Source: Chloroflexota bacterium | Lineage (GTDB): Bacteria > Chloroflexota > UBA11872 > VXNJ01 | Reading direction: 5' to 3' | Length of the DNA: 64,000 nucleotides | Assembly (NCBI GenBank): GCA_965218195.1 | Contig: OZ244593.1 | Coordinates: 310,893 to 374,892 of the forward strand | Shown here: one piece after another, positions 47,868-58,118 of the stretch | Position numbering within the stretch: the stretch's first letter is position 1 | Layout: each line of letters opens with the position of its first letter | Program-made: the position numbers and the translations under genes | Notes under the pieces: model-generated | Told to the model about the DNA's origin: nothing | Seen by the model: only the letters and a program-made list of their open reading frames with translations | Databases searched by the model: none

Positions 47868-48755
47868 GTGCGACAGATCACATACGCGGCGCCGGGATCG
47901 GTCGAGGCGGCCGCGGCGATCCTGGCCGAACACGGCGCGCGGGCGCGCATGCTGGCCGGCGGCACCGACCTGATCGTGCAGATAAGAGAGTGGCTGCGCG
48001 ACGTGGACGTGGTGGTCGACGCCAAGCACATACCGGAGCTGATGGACATCGGCTTTGCAGAAGACGGCGCGATGACTTTGGGCGCGGCCACGCCGTGCCA
48101 CCGGATATACGGCGACGAGCGCGTGGCGCGGACGTATCCGGGTTTGATCGACGCGGTGTCGATGATAGGCGGCACGGCGATACAGGGGCGGGCGTCGGTT
48201 GGCGGCAACCTGTGCAACTCGGGGCCGGCGGGCGACTCCATCCCGCCTTTGATCGTGTACTCGGCGGTGTGCAACATAGCGGGTCCTGACGGCCGGCGGA
48301 GCGTGGCGGCGGAGGACTTTTGCACGGGGCCGGGGCGCAACGTGCTGGGCGCGGGCGAGCTGCTGGTGTCGCTGACGTTTCCGGCGCAGGCTTCTGGGTC
48401 CGGCGCGCACTACCTGCGGTTCATACCGCGCAACGAGATGGACATAGCGGTGGTGGGAGCGGGCGCGCACGTGCGGCTGGACGGCGACGGGATCGTCGAG
48501 GCGGCGCGGATATCGGTCGGAGCGGTGGCGCCCACGCCGTTGCTGGTGGAAGAAGCCGGCGAGGCATTGGCGGGCAGGCAGGCCGACGAAGCCGGCTACG
48601 AGCTTGCGGCGGCGGCCAGCCGCAAGGCGGCCACGCCGATAGACGACATGCGAGGGACGGTTGAGTACCGAAAGCATATGACAGGAGTGCTGACCGTGCG
48701 GGCGCTGCGAGGCGCGGTTATGCGTGCGAAGGGAGGCCGGGTAAATGGCCACTGA
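47868..48755 (+). CDS. Xanthine dehydrogenase family FAD-binding subunit
   Basis: LAGGTDL, RASVGGNLCNSGPAGD, PIDDMRGTVEYR. Confidence 0.9.
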   Translation: MRQITYAAPGSVEAAAAILAEHGARARMLAGGTDLIVQIREWLRDVDVVVDAKHIPELMDIGFAEDGAMTLGAATPCHRIYGDERVARTYPGLIDAVSMIGGTAIQGRASVGGNLCNSGPAGDSIPPLIVYSAVCNIAGPDGRRSVAAEDFCTGPGRNVLGAGELLVSLTFPAQASGSGAHYLRFIPRNEMDIAVVGAGAHVRLDGDGIVEAARISVGAVAPTPLLVEEAGEALAGRQADEAGYELAAAASRKAATPIDDMRGTVEYRKHMTGVLTVRALRGAVMRAKGGRVNGH

Positions 48756-49239
48756 GATGATCTCGGCGACCACGCTGGTGACGGCGACGATCAACGGCGA
48801 CGCGACGGCGTTTCAATGCGAGCCGCGCGACAGTCTATTGGACGTGTTGAGGGACAGGCTGCTGTTGACCGGGGCCAAGGAAGGCTGCAACAACGGCAAC
48901 TGCGGAGCCTGCAACGTGATAGTCGACGGCACGCTGGTCAACTCGTGCTGCGTACTGGCGGTGGAGACGCAGGGAGCGGAGATAAGGACGATAGAAGGCG
49001 TTGCCGAGCCGGAGGGATTGCACCCGTTGCAGACGGCGTTCCTGGAGAACGCGGCATTGCAGTGCGGGGTGTGCACGCCGGGGTTCATCGTGTCGAGCCT
49101 GGCGTTGCTGGAGCGGAACTCCGACCCCAGCGAACACGAGATACGGTTATGGCTGGCGGGCAACCTGTGCCGGTGCACGGGCTACGACAAGATCGTGCGG
49201 GCGGTGCAGGACGCCGCTATCAAAATGCGAGAGGCTTAG
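48745..49239 (+). CDS. Xanthine dehydrogenase family 2Fe-2S subunit
   Basis: GCNNGNCGAC..SC and QCGVCTPG..GNLCRCTGY. Confidence 0.93.
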   Translation: MATEMISATTLVTATINGDATAFQCEPRDSLLDVLRDRLLLTGAKEGCNNGNCGACNVIVDGTLVNSCCVLAVETQGAEIRTIEGVAEPEGLHPLQTAFLENAALQCGVCTPGFIVSSLALLERNSDPSEHEIRLWLAGNLCRCTGYDKIVRAVQDAAIKMREA

Positions 49240-49242
49240 CTG

Positions 49243-51537
49243 ATGAGGACTCAATCACTTGATCTGGTAAAAAGCGGCGACTTTAACGTTATCGGCAAGC
49301 GGCCTGTCCGCCATGACGGCGTTGACAAGGTGACTGGCAGGGCGGCCTACGGCGCGGACATCGCGCTGCCCGGAATGCTGCACGGTAAGGTGCTGCGAAG
49401 CCCGCACGCGCACGCGGAGATCGTATCGATCGATACGTCCAGAGCCGAGGCGCTGCCCGGCGTGCACGCGGTGGTCACGTACAAGGACCTTCCCGAGCCG
49501 AGCGAAGGCACGACCGAGCTGAACGAAAGCGGCGTGCAGGATACGTACTACAAGGCTTACAACATGCTGGCGCGGGAGAAGGTGCTGTACGACGGCCACG
49601 CCATCGCCACCGTCGCGGCCACCGACCCGCACGTCGCGGAGCAGGCCGCGCGGCTGATCGACGTGGAATACAAACCGATGCCGCCGGTGATGACCTGCCA
49701 GCAGGCGACCGCGCCCGGCGCGGTGCTCGTGCTGCCCGATATTTTCACGGACACGGAAGGGGAGATCGACGCCGAGCCGAGCAACATAACCAAGCACACG
49801 ATCTTCGAGGAAGGCGACCTTGAAGCAGGTTTTGCGGCGGCGGACGTGGAGGTCGAGGCCGAATACAACACGGCGACCGTCCACCAGGGCTACATCGAGA
49901 CTCACAACGCCACGGCGCGCTGGCATGAAGACGGAACGCTGGAAGTCTGGTGCAGCTCCCAGGGGCAGTTCGGCATCCGGCAGGAGCTTGCGGACTTGCT
50001 GCGGATGCCGGTGTCGAAGATAAAAGTGACGCCGATGGAAATAGGCGGAGGATTCGGGGGAAAGACGACGGTCTACCTCGAGATTCTGGCGGCGCTCTTG
50101 TCACAAAAGACGGGGCGCCCGGTCAAGATGACCATGGACCGGACCGAAGTGCTAAAGGCGACCGGCCCTACGCCCGGCACGTGGGAAAAGGTCAGGATCG
50201 GAGCTGGCAAGGACGGCAAAATAACGGCGGTGCACGTCACGCTGTACTTCGAGGCCGGCGGAGTGCCCGGCTCGCCGCTCGGCGCGGGCGTGATGACCGC
50301 GCTTGGGCCATACAGCCTCACGAACTTCCGCATAGACGGCTACGAGGTTCTGGTCAACAAGCCGCATTCCCACGCTTATCGGGCGCCGGGCGCGACTATG
50401 TCGGAGTTCGCGGTCGAGACGGCCGTCGATGAAGTCTGCGAAAAGCTCGGGATGGACCCGATGGAGTTCCGGCTGCTGAACGCGTCCCGCGAGGGTGATC
50501 TGAGGGCCGAAGGCCCGCCGTTCCTGAAGATCGGCAACGTCGAGTGCCTGGAGAACATCAAGAACTCCGACCACTGGCAAACGCCGCTTGAACAGCCAAA
50601 GGAACCGCATCTGAAGCGAGGTCGGGGACTGGCGTCGGGCTTCTGGATGAACGGCGGCGGCAAGTCGAGCGCGCAGGGTCGGGTTAACCCGGACGGCACC
50701 GTAACGCTGCTCGAGGGGTCGGTGGATATCGGCGGAACGCGTACGTCGGTCGCAATGCAGATGGCTGAGGTGCTCGGGATACCGATAGAAGACATCAATC
50801 CCATAGTTCCGGATACCGATTCCATCAACTTCACGGGCGTTACCGGCGGCAGCCGCGTCACCTACGCGACCGGCTACGCGGCCTACGAGGCGGCGCGCGA
50901 CATCGTGCGGCAGATGATCGACGGCATGGCCGACGTATGGGAGGTCGATCCGGGGGAAGTCGAATTCGACGACGCCGTATTCTCGACCAACGGACAGACG
51001 GCCACCTTCAAGGAAGCCGCCGCTCTGCTGGACGAAGAGGACTCGGGGATCCTGGGAACGGCGACAGTCTCGCCATCGCGGGCGGGCAACACCTTCAGCG
51101 TGCAGGCCGCCGACGTGGAGGTAGACATCGAAACCGGCAAGGTGCAGGTGCTTCGCTACACGGGGACGCAGGACGCCGGCGTGGCCATCTATCCGCCGTA
51201 CGTCGAAGGACAGCTCCAAGGCGGGATCGTGCAGGGGATAGGCTGGGCGCTCAACGAGGAGTACTTCTACGACTCCGAGGGGCGTCTTCGCAACGCGAGC
51301 CTGCTCGACTACAGAATGCCGACGTCGCTGGATCTCCCGATGATCGACACGATCATCACCGAGGTGCCGAATCCCGGACATCCGTACGGAGTGCGCGGCG
51401 TGGGCGAAGTGTCGATAGCGCCGCCGCCGGCGACGATAGCCAACGCGATCCACGACGCCATCAAGGTGCGGATGCGCAACCTGCCGATGTCGCCGCCGCG
51501 GGTGCAAAAGGCGATCTCCGAAAACGCCGTGAACTAG
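49243..51537 (+). CDS. Xanthine dehydrogenase family molybdopterin-binding subunit
   Basis: KVTGRA, GGGFGGK, AYRAPG, SRVT, EGQLQGGIVQGIG, GVGE. Confidence 0.92.
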   Translation: MRTQSLDLVKSGDFNVIGKRPVRHDGVDKVTGRAAYGADIALPGMLHGKVLRSPHAHAEIVSIDTSRAEALPGVHAVVTYKDLPEPSEGTTELNESGVQDTYYKAYNMLAREKVLYDGHAIATVAATDPHVAEQAARLIDVEYKPMPPVMTCQQATAPGAVLVLPDIFTDTEGEIDAEPSNITKHTIFEEGDLEAGFAAADVEVEAEYNTATVHQGYIETHNATARWHEDGTLEVWCSSQGQFGIRQELADLLRMPVSKIKVTPMEIGGGFGGKTTVYLEILAALLSQKTGRPVKMTMDRTEVLKATGPTPGTWEKVRIGAGKDGKITAVHVTLYFEAGGVPGSPLGAGVMTALGPYSLTNFRIDGYEVLVNKPHSHAYRAPGATMSEFAVETAVDEVCEKLGMDPMEFRLLNASREGDLRAEGPPFLKIGNVECLENIKNSDHWQTPLEQPKEPHLKRGRGLASGFWMNGGGKSSAQGRVNPDGTVTLLEGSVDIGGTRTSVAMQMAEVLGIPIEDINPIVPDTDSINFTGVTGGSRVTYATGYAAYEAARDIVRQMIDGMADVWEVDPGEVEFDDAVFSTNGQTATFKEAAALLDEEDSGILGTATVSPSRAGNTFSVQAADVEVDIETGKVQVLRYTGTQDAGVAIYPPYVEGQLQGGIVQGIGWALNEEYFYDSEGRLRNASLLDYRMPTSLDLPMIDTIITEVPNPGHPYGVRGVGEVSIAPPPATIANAIHDAIKVRMRNLPMSPPRVQKAISENAVN

Positions 51538-51549
51538 CCGCCGCGCGCC

Positions 51550-51834
51550 ATGGCTGACGTATACATCCCCTCGGCATTGCGCAGCCTGACCAACGGCGAG
51601 CGGGTCGTCACCGTCGCGGGCAAAACCGTCGGCGATCTGATCGACGCCATCGACGAGCTCCATTCGGGCGTCAAAACGCGGCTCGTGAATGACGGCCGGT
51701 TGCGCCGGGGACTTGCCCTGTCCATCGATGGAGAAACGCTGGAGCGGGGGCGTCTGAGCACGCGTGTCCGCTCAGACAGCAAGGTCTACTTCGTCCTGGC
51801 GACCTCGGGAGGGTCTAGCCGGAACTCCGGCTGA
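51550..51834 (+). CDS. MoaD/ThiS-family sulfur carrier
   Basis: VYIPSALRSLT..; ends ATSGGSSRNSG. Confidence 0.8.
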   Translation: MADVYIPSALRSLTNGERVVTVAGKTVGDLIDAIDELHSGVKTRLVNDGRLRRGLALSIDGETLERGRLSTRVRSDSKVYFVLATSGGSSRNSG

Positions 51835-52930
51835 CGCAGAGATTCGCGCCCGGCTCCGCCGGCAAGGCGAGATCGGCGAATCCACCCGGGGCGTAGCCGG
51901 TCAGCTCGACGTAACCCCGCCCGACCGGGACATCGTCCGCGAGCGCGCGCACGGCTCCTTCCCAATAGAAGTTGCCCGTGCTGGCGCGCGCGTCAAGCTC
52001 CTGGTCTGGAATCACCGGGAGCAACTTGAGAGCCAGTTGCTCCGAAGGGACCTGGAAAGTCCACGCCGACGGATATATGGCGGCGCTACGCGGGCTTGAC
52101 CACGTGTCGTTGACCGCGATCGAGAAGTCGGACTCGTAAAGATGTCTGGAGCCGCCCGACTTGTCGATCAGCGTGCCGTAGCGAAGCACTGTTTCGAGAT
52201 AAGTGTTGCGAACGATGGAAGCCGTTAAGTCGCGGCCGTCGTCGAGTTGCAATGCAAACCAGTCCCACCCGCCCGAACCGACGTTGATGAAGTCGCCCCA
52301 TTGATGATCCATCCATGCGGCGCCGTCAACCTTCAGTTGATATCCATCGACTATCAAGTCTCCGATCACCGCAAGCCGCGGATAGGAGTAGTAATAGCTC
52401 CATCCGAAGGGACTGAAATCCAGCAGGCCTGTCTGGTTATGGAGTACGGGAGGCTTTGTCGGAACGAGGAAAAGACCGAGCGAATGGCCGTCCATCGCCG
52501 CATTGAAGGCAAAGCCGGGCTCGGCCTTGCGCAAACTCCAGCCGCCGACGCACAAGTCGAGACCGCCGGCCGTCGCCGCGCCGTGAGAGGAGGACGTCCT
52601 CTGGTCGTAAGCGAAGCTCTGCCGCTCGAAGTCGGTTATCGCAAAGTGGGCCGCATACGAAGGCGGGGAATCGCCGCGAATTCCCTGGAAGACCACGAAT
52701 TCGAACCCAAACTCGCGCGCGTCTCGACTAAGCAGGCGCCCGGTGAAGTACCACCACTCGGTCAGATTCGAGTGAAGCAGGTCGTCCTTGGGAAACGATA
52801 CCCGCGGAAGGCTCGAAATATCGAACTCGCGGGGCGGGGCGGGGGTCAATGGAGAGAACTGACGCCCGCACGCGACGGTCGATGCGGCCAGCCCGATCAG
52901 CAGAGATCTGCGCTTGATGCGGCGGCTCAA
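51815..52930 (-). CDS. AttH/CrtC-like lipocalin-fold lipoprotein
   Basis: EWWYFTG, SYYYSYPR, AWMDHQWG, GWDWFALQL, YWEG, GRGYVELTGY; TTG overlaps the MMPL stop; RR-rich signal with TVAC. Confidence 0.82.
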   Translation of the reverse strand: MSRRIKRRSLLIGLAASTVACGRQFSPLTPAPPREFDISSLPRVSFPKDDLLHSNLTEWWYFTGRLLSRDAREFGFEFVVFQGIRGDSPPSYAAHFAITDFERQSFAYDQRTSSSHGAATAGGLDLCVGGWSLRKAEPGFAFNAAMDGHSLGLFLVPTKPPVLHNQTGLLDFSPFGWSYYYSYPRLAVIGDLIVDGYQLKVDGAAWMDHQWGDFINVGSGGWDWFALQLDDGRDLTASIVRNTYLETVLRYGTLIDKSGGSRHLYESDFSIAVNDTWSSPRSAAIYPSAWTFQVPSEQLALKLLPVIPDQELDARASTGNFYWEGAVRALADDVPVGRGYVELTGYAPGGFADLALPAEPGANLCVSRSSG

Positions 52931-55125
52931 GGCGCTCGCCAGAACCTTAAATTCCCGGGTAACGCTGGCGCCCACCAATTCCATCGCCCGAGCAACCGCA
53001 TAGTCGATGGGACCAGCAGCGAGCGGATGATCGTCGCGTCCACGAATACGGCCATAGCCGCGCCCAGACCTATCGCTTTTACGAGCACGATGTCGGCGCT
53101 TACGAACGCGAGACTCACGACTATGACCACGAGCGCGGCGCTCGTGATGACCCGTCCGCTTCTGGCAAGTCCGAGCGCGACCGCGTCCACGTCATTCGCG
53201 CCCGCGTCGCGAGCTTCCATGATCCTTGAGAGAAGGAACACCTCGTAATCCATGCTGAGTCCGAAGAGCAGGGCGAAGAGGACTATCGGCAGGGTGGCTT
53301 CGATGAAGCCCAGCGGCTCGAATCCCAGCAAGCCGGAGAGCCAGCCATCCTGAAACACCAGCACCAGCACGCCAAAGCTGGCGAGAAGGCTCATCACGTT
53401 CATCACGACCGCCTTCAACGGTAATACGGCAGACCGGAACAGGACCGCCAGCACAACGTAAGTGGCAATCAGAATCATGACTACCGCCCGGGGGAAGTCC
53501 GTGTAGAGCCGGTCCACGAAGTCGGTCAATCCCGCGGCGCCCCCGCCCACTAGCGCGTCGAGACCAGCCGCGTCCCGGTATTCGCGGATGGCGTAGACAA
53601 GCTCACGCGCTTCCTCCGACGACGAAGCCGACCGCGGCTCGACCGACATTATCGCGACGCCGCCATTGACGAACGCCGATGCGTAGGCGGCAGCGTACGG
53701 ATCGGCGATACCCTCCGGGTCTGCGTAGAGAAGCTGATATTCCTCCAGCGTGATACGCGGGTCGATGGAGACGATGCTGTCGATGCGGGCGACTCGCTCG
53801 TCATGTTCCAGCGATTGGGCAAGAGTGTGCATTTCCGCTATCGACCGGGAATGCAGCGCGGGCCTGGGGAACTCGATGGCAATGAACAGCGGAGAGACGC
53901 TGCCTTCGCCAAACTCGCTTCGCAGAAGATCGTAGGCCTGCCTGGAGGGACTGTCGGACGGCAAGACCGAGGCGTCCGGCGCGCTGATCCGGACGTGCAG
54001 GAAGGGAATCCCCATCGCGATCAAGACGGCGCTGACCACGACGAAAATCGGGAGGGGGCGACGCATGACCGCGCGAGCCACGCGCTGCCAGTCGTAGCCG
54101 GGGCCAAGCCGCGGTCTCCAGATGCGCAGAGAGTCGATCCTGGACCCCAAAACCGCGAGGCACGCCGGCACCAGGGTTATCGCGGCAAGAACCGCGATAA
54201 ACACGACAACGGCTCCGCCTATGCCTATCGATCGCAACATCATAAATTCGAATATCAGAAGCGAGGAAAGGCCGACCAGTACCGCGAGTCCCGAGAAGAA
54301 TACGGCCCGCCCGGCGGAAGCGACGGTGCGGACGAGCGCGGTTTCCGCGTCGGCGACGGCAAGCTCCTCACGGAATCTGCTTACGAGGAACAAAGAGTAA
54401 TCAGCGCCCAATCCGAGTCCGATAAGCGTTACGACGTTTAGCGCGAATATGGAGAAGCTGGTGAATTGACCCAGCGCCCAAAGCGCGGACAGCCCGATCA
54501 GCACCGTGGCGCCTCCCGCCGCCACCGGCATTGCCGCGGCCACGACCGAGCCGAAAACGATCAGCAAGACGATCGCCGCAAATGGAAGACCTATTATCTC
54601 GGCCCGTTGCAGATCGCTCTCGCTGACCGACTGGATGTCGTTGTAGAAAGCCGGGCCGCCCCCGACGTACACGTTCAGGTCTGTTGGGCCTAATGCTTCG
54701 ACGACGGTTTCCACGATCCGGTGCGACCGCTCCTCGTCGATGTCGACGAACACCGCGGCGTAAGCCGTGCGTCCGGTCTCGCCGATCTGGCGCGGGTTTT
54801 CCCAAAACGGCCTGACGTGGACCACGAACTCAAGCTGAGTCAGCGGATGCAGGGCGCGCGCGGCCGAGGCGACGAACTCGGGATCGGCCGCGCTAAGGGA
54901 ATCGCTGTTGAACACGAGCAGCAGCGAGGCGCCGGGCGTGCCGATGCCCTCCTGGAGCCGGTCGAACGCCAGCTCCGCCTCCAGCTCGCCGGTCGAGAAC
55001 CCGCCTGCCCGCAGCACCGAACCCACACGCGGAGCAAACGCGAGACTGACCGCCACCGCCACAAGCCACGCGGCGATGATCGCCCACCGCCGTCTCAGGA
55101 CGAAGCGGCCAAGACTCTCGAACAA
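52927..55125 (-). CDS. MMPL-family transporter
   Basis: IGLGLGADYSLFLVSRFREE, GRAVFFSG, LFGLSMDYEVFLLSRI, GRVITSAA. Confidence 0.92.
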   Translation of the reverse strand: MFESLGRFVLRRRWAIIAAWLVAVAVSLAFAPRVGSVLRAGGFSTGELEAELAFDRLQEGIGTPGASLLLVFNSDSLSAADPEFVASAARALHPLTQLEFVVHVRPFWENPRQIGETGRTAYAAVFVDIDEERSHRIVETVVEALGPTDLNVYVGGGPAFYNDIQSVSESDLQRAEIIGLPFAAIVLLIVFGSVVAAAMPVAAGGATVLIGLSALWALGQFTSFSIFALNVVTLIGLGLGADYSLFLVSRFREELAVADAETALVRTVASAGRAVFFSGLAVLVGLSSLLIFEFMMLRSIGIGGAVVVFIAVLAAITLVPACLAVLGSRIDSLRIWRPRLGPGYDWQRVARAVMRRPLPIFVVVSAVLIAMGIPFLHVRISAPDASVLPSDSPSRQAYDLLRSEFGEGSVSPLFIAIEFPRPALHSRSIAEMHTLAQSLEHDERVARIDSIVSIDPRITLEEYQLLYADPEGIADPYAAAYASAFVNGGVAIMSVEPRSASSSEEARELVYAIREYRDAAGLDALVGGGAAGLTDFVDRLYTDFPRAVVMILIATYVVLAVLFRSAVLPLKAVVMNVMSLLASFGVLVLVFQDGWLSGLLGFEPLGFIEATLPIVLFALLFGLSMDYEVFLLSRIMEARDAGANDVDAVALGLARSGRVITSAALVVIVVSLAFVSADIVLVKAIGLGAAMAVFVDATIIRSLLVPSTMRLLGRWNWWAPALPGNLRFWRAP

Positions 55126-55255
55126 CAGACGGTCTCCCTGCTACAAAATCGGCTGGAAAGCCCGACCGACAAGCTTAGTCGCGCGGGGTGGGTCCGGACT
55201 ACGGTTTGGTGTCGACAGAGATCCGAAATCGTTCGCTGTCCGACGCGCCGGCGGG

Positions 55256-56194
55256 TTATGGAGCGACAGCTTCGATGGCCTTCACCAACTCATCTTCGCC
55301 CAAAACCCCCTCGAAGCGCGACGCGACGCGGCCTTCTTCATCGACGACGAAAACCCACGGCTCGCTCGTCAGCCGCCACTCTTTTGCCACTTCGGTTAGT
55401 ACCAGCCTGCCCTCCCCGCGGGCGGTTTCGAGTACCCACGGCTCGACGTGGATGAAGTTAATTCGGTCGCCGTACGTCTCGTAGAGCGACCCAACGAGGT
55501 CTGTCACCGGTCCACAGGCGCGGCTGACGCAAAACGCGGGGGTCGAGAACGCGACGACCAGCGGCTTCCGTTGCTCCAGGGCCTCGGCGATGGTCAGTTG
55601 ATACAAGCCGGGAACCGGCGCTGGATGCGTGCTGATTTCGCGCAAGTCTTCGACGTCCCGGACCGTTGGATTGCGGCTGGCCGGCGCCCCATCGCCCACG
55701 CCGAGCGTGACCGGACTTTTTCGCACCTCGAACGCCGCCGTCGTCGTGGTCGTCTCGGCGAACCCCTCGCGTTCTACTTCGAAGGCGGCCTCCCAGAAGC
55801 CCGGCTCGTCAAAGTTGACATCGTTGACGATGTAGACGCCTTCGACGTGCTCGTGGATATGCTCGAATCCATCTTCATGTACGTGTAGGAACTCGCTGGT
55901 CACGGAGATGAAGACCGCTTCCCCGCTCGACTTGACCGTGGGCGCGCCGTCGTCGCCGAGTTTCGCGAACGTCGCCCGGACGCCCGCCCCCACGGCGGCC
56001 TCGCCTTCGCCGTCCATCAGCACGAATGGAAAGCGGTTGATCCCAACCGCCAGGTCCGCCGCCGTCACAAACGCGTTCAATTCATACGCCCACGATCCGC
56101 CTGTCGAATCTCGCTCCGCTGTCTCGCAGGCCAGCAGAAGCAGAACGGCAAGCACCGCCAGCCCGGCAATAGCCCGCTTGCGGGGGTTCTTCAT
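55256..56194 (-). CDS. Lipoprotein with His-rich loop and C-terminal thioredoxin-like domain
   Basis: LLAC lipobox; HVHEDGFEHIHEH; FSTPAFCVSRACGP; SEPWVFVVD..RFEG. Confidence 0.75.
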   Translation of the reverse strand: MKNPRKRAIAGLAVLAVLLLLACETAERDSTGGSWAYELNAFVTAADLAVGINRFPFVLMDGEGEAAVGAGVRATFAKLGDDGAPTVKSSGEAVFISVTSEFLHVHEDGFEHIHEHVEGVYIVNDVNFDEPGFWEAAFEVEREGFAETTTTTAAFEVRKSPVTLGVGDGAPASRNPTVRDVEDLREISTHPAPVPGLYQLTIAEALEQRKPLVVAFSTPAFCVSRACGPVTDLVGSLYETYGDRINFIHVEPWVLETARGEGRLVLTEVAKEWRLTSEPWVFVVDEEGRVASRFEGVLGEDELVKAIEAVAP

Positions 56195-56278
56195 GAACAT
56201 TCCACTAAACAGCCCGCTCATCCGATGACTGCTTCAGGCGAACAGATAACGCGCGGCCCCTCTGGTCCATCCCCGACA

Positions 56279-56929
56279 TCAGACGATCTCGACGCGTCGG
56301 TCGGAAATATCGGCAAGCCGGTAAGCGTCGTCAACCGTGCCCCAGGAGACTGCATAGTGAACCGGCACCACAATTCGAGGGTCGATTCTGCGCACGGCCT
56401 CGGCGGCCTCGTCGGCGGTCATTACCGTCCCCCCGGCGACGGGCAGCATTGCAACGTCAATCGCGCCGAGCTCGTTCATTTCCGGTATCAACCCGGTGTC
56501 GCCGGCGTGGTATATCCGCACGCCGTCCAACTCGACTACGAAGCCCAGCCCGCCGGCCTCTCGCGGGTGCGGAGGAAGGTCCTCCCGGGTTACCGGGTTC
56601 ACAGAGTAAGCGGCGACGGCGCGAATCAGCACGGGGCCGAACTTCAGGCTATCGCCGGCGCGGAGGATGTTGAGATCGATGCCGGGCCACGTTTCGAGTT
56701 CCGCTTCGAGCGCCGGGTTGGCGACGACGACGGTTCGGGGACCGGTCACGCGCTTTAGGTCCGGCGCGCTGAAATGGCCGCTGTGGTCGTGACTAATGAG
56801 TGCGAGGTCACATGCTCCGTCGTGAAATCCCTCCAGATTGAAGGGGTCGATGAAAATCAGCCGCGATCCCCATATCCGAACGCACGACTCGGAAAACCGG
56901 TCGATCTCAACGCCGTCGACGTCTAGCAT
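56279..56929 (-). CDS. Metallo-beta-lactamase fold hydrolase
   Basis: IFIDP, ISHDHSGH, IYHAGDT, VVPVHY. Confidence 0.85.
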   Translation of the reverse strand: MLDVDGVEIDRFSESCVRIWGSRLIFIDPFNLEGFHDGACDLALISHDHSGHFSAPDLKRVTGPRTVVVANPALEAELETWPGIDLNILRAGDSLKFGPVLIRAVAAYSVNPVTREDLPPHPREAGGLGFVVELDGVRIYHAGDTGLIPEMNELGAIDVAMLPVAGGTVMTADEAAEAVRRIDPRIVVPVHYAVSWGTVDDAYRLADISDRRVEIV

Positions 56930-57209
56930 CCCGGCTGTCGCCTCCGTGCGGTCACAGGCGGTCCCCGGCCGCTATCGGCGTCAGCGTAGTTCGACCCGCG
57001 CTAATCGGCGGTGTTCCTTCTCGCAACACTGTGATCGTTTATATCATTCGCAATCGACCCGCTGGGCCGACCAAGCGTTCCAGAGGCAAACTGGAGCTTC
57101 ACGCGCGCCCATACGAGCGCACGGTCCGGCTGTCTACGCCCGGCGGCTAGTAGCATTGTTCTGGAACCTATCGACGGATCACCGGAGCATCAGAAGGACG
57201 GACTCGAAA

Positions 57210-58118
57210 ATGCGAATGCTGCTTACGGGCGCGACCGGTTACATAGGCAGGCGGCTTTGCAGCCGGTTCGCGGAAAACGGCTGGGAGCTCTGGGCGCTTT
57301 CGAGGGACGCTCGGCGCGCGCAAGACAGTCTGGACAGCGTTAAGCGTTGGTTTGAATGGCAGCCCGAAGCCGGCCCTCCGCCCGACGCCGCGTTTGAGGG
57401 AGTCGCTACGGTTATCAACTTGATCGGCGAACGCATATCGGGGATATGGACGCCGGCCAAACGAAGAACCTTGAGATCGAGCCGCGAGCTGGGCACCCGA
57501 AATCTGGTGGCCGGTCTGGCAGCCGCGCAAGACCGGCCACGCGTGCTTGTGTCCGCAAGCGCGGTCGGCTACTACGGCGACCGCGCCGACGCCGAGCTGA
57601 CCGAAGAGTCGCCGCCGGGCGACAACTTTTTCGCGGAGACGTGCCAGGCGTGGGAACACGAAGCCCTTGAAGCCCGGAACCTGGGCGTTCGGGTAGTCCA
57701 TCTGCGGGCGGCGCCGGTGGTCGGCGAGAACAGCCCGTTCCTGAGACCGATGCTGCCAATTTTTCGATTGGGCGTGGGCGGCCGGATGGGTTCCGGCCGC
57801 CAGTGGTGGCCGTGGGTGCACGTCGACGATGTCGTCAGGGCGGTCGAGTTCATCCTAGACCGCAAGATAGAAGGGCCGGTCAACCTGGTCGCGCCGGAAG
57901 TCGTGACGCAGTACGACTTTGCCAAAGCGTTGGGACGGGTGCTGCCGCGTCCGGCCATGGTTCCCATACCGGCGTTCGCGCTCAACCTGGCCCTCGGAGG
58001 TCTCGCGGTCGAGCTGCTGGCCAGCAGAAAGGCGGTACCCGGAAAACTGCTCGATTCCGGCTACGAATTCAAATTCCCCAATCTCGAATCCGCTCTTAGG
58101 GATGCGACAGGCACGTAA
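57210..58118 (+). CDS. TIGR01777/YfcH-like NAD-dependent epimerase
   Basis: LLTGATGYIG, VSASAVGYYG, GSGRQWWPWVHVDD, GPVNLVAP. Confidence 0.9.
   Translation: MRMLLTGATGYIGRRLCSRFAENGWELWALSRDARRAQDSLDSVKRWFEWQPEAGPPPDAAFEGVATVINLIGERISGIWTPAKRRTLRSSRELGTRNLVAGLAAAQDRPRVLVSASAVGYYGDRADAELTEESPPGDNFFAETCQAWEHEALEARNLGVRVVHLRAAPVVGENSPFLRPMLPIFRLGVGGRMGSGRQWWPWVHVDDVVRAVEFILDRKIEGPVNLVAPEVVTQYDFAKALGRVLPRPAMVPIPAFALNLALGGLAVELLASRKAVPGKLLDSGYEFKFPNLESALRDATGT

Noticed and set aside
49243-51537. Aerobic CO dehydrogenase (coxL)
   Set aside because: Lacks the AYxCSFR active-site loop; has AYRAPG instead.
50152-51663. 503-aa antisense ORF
   Set aside because: Shadow of the molybdoenzyme large subunit.
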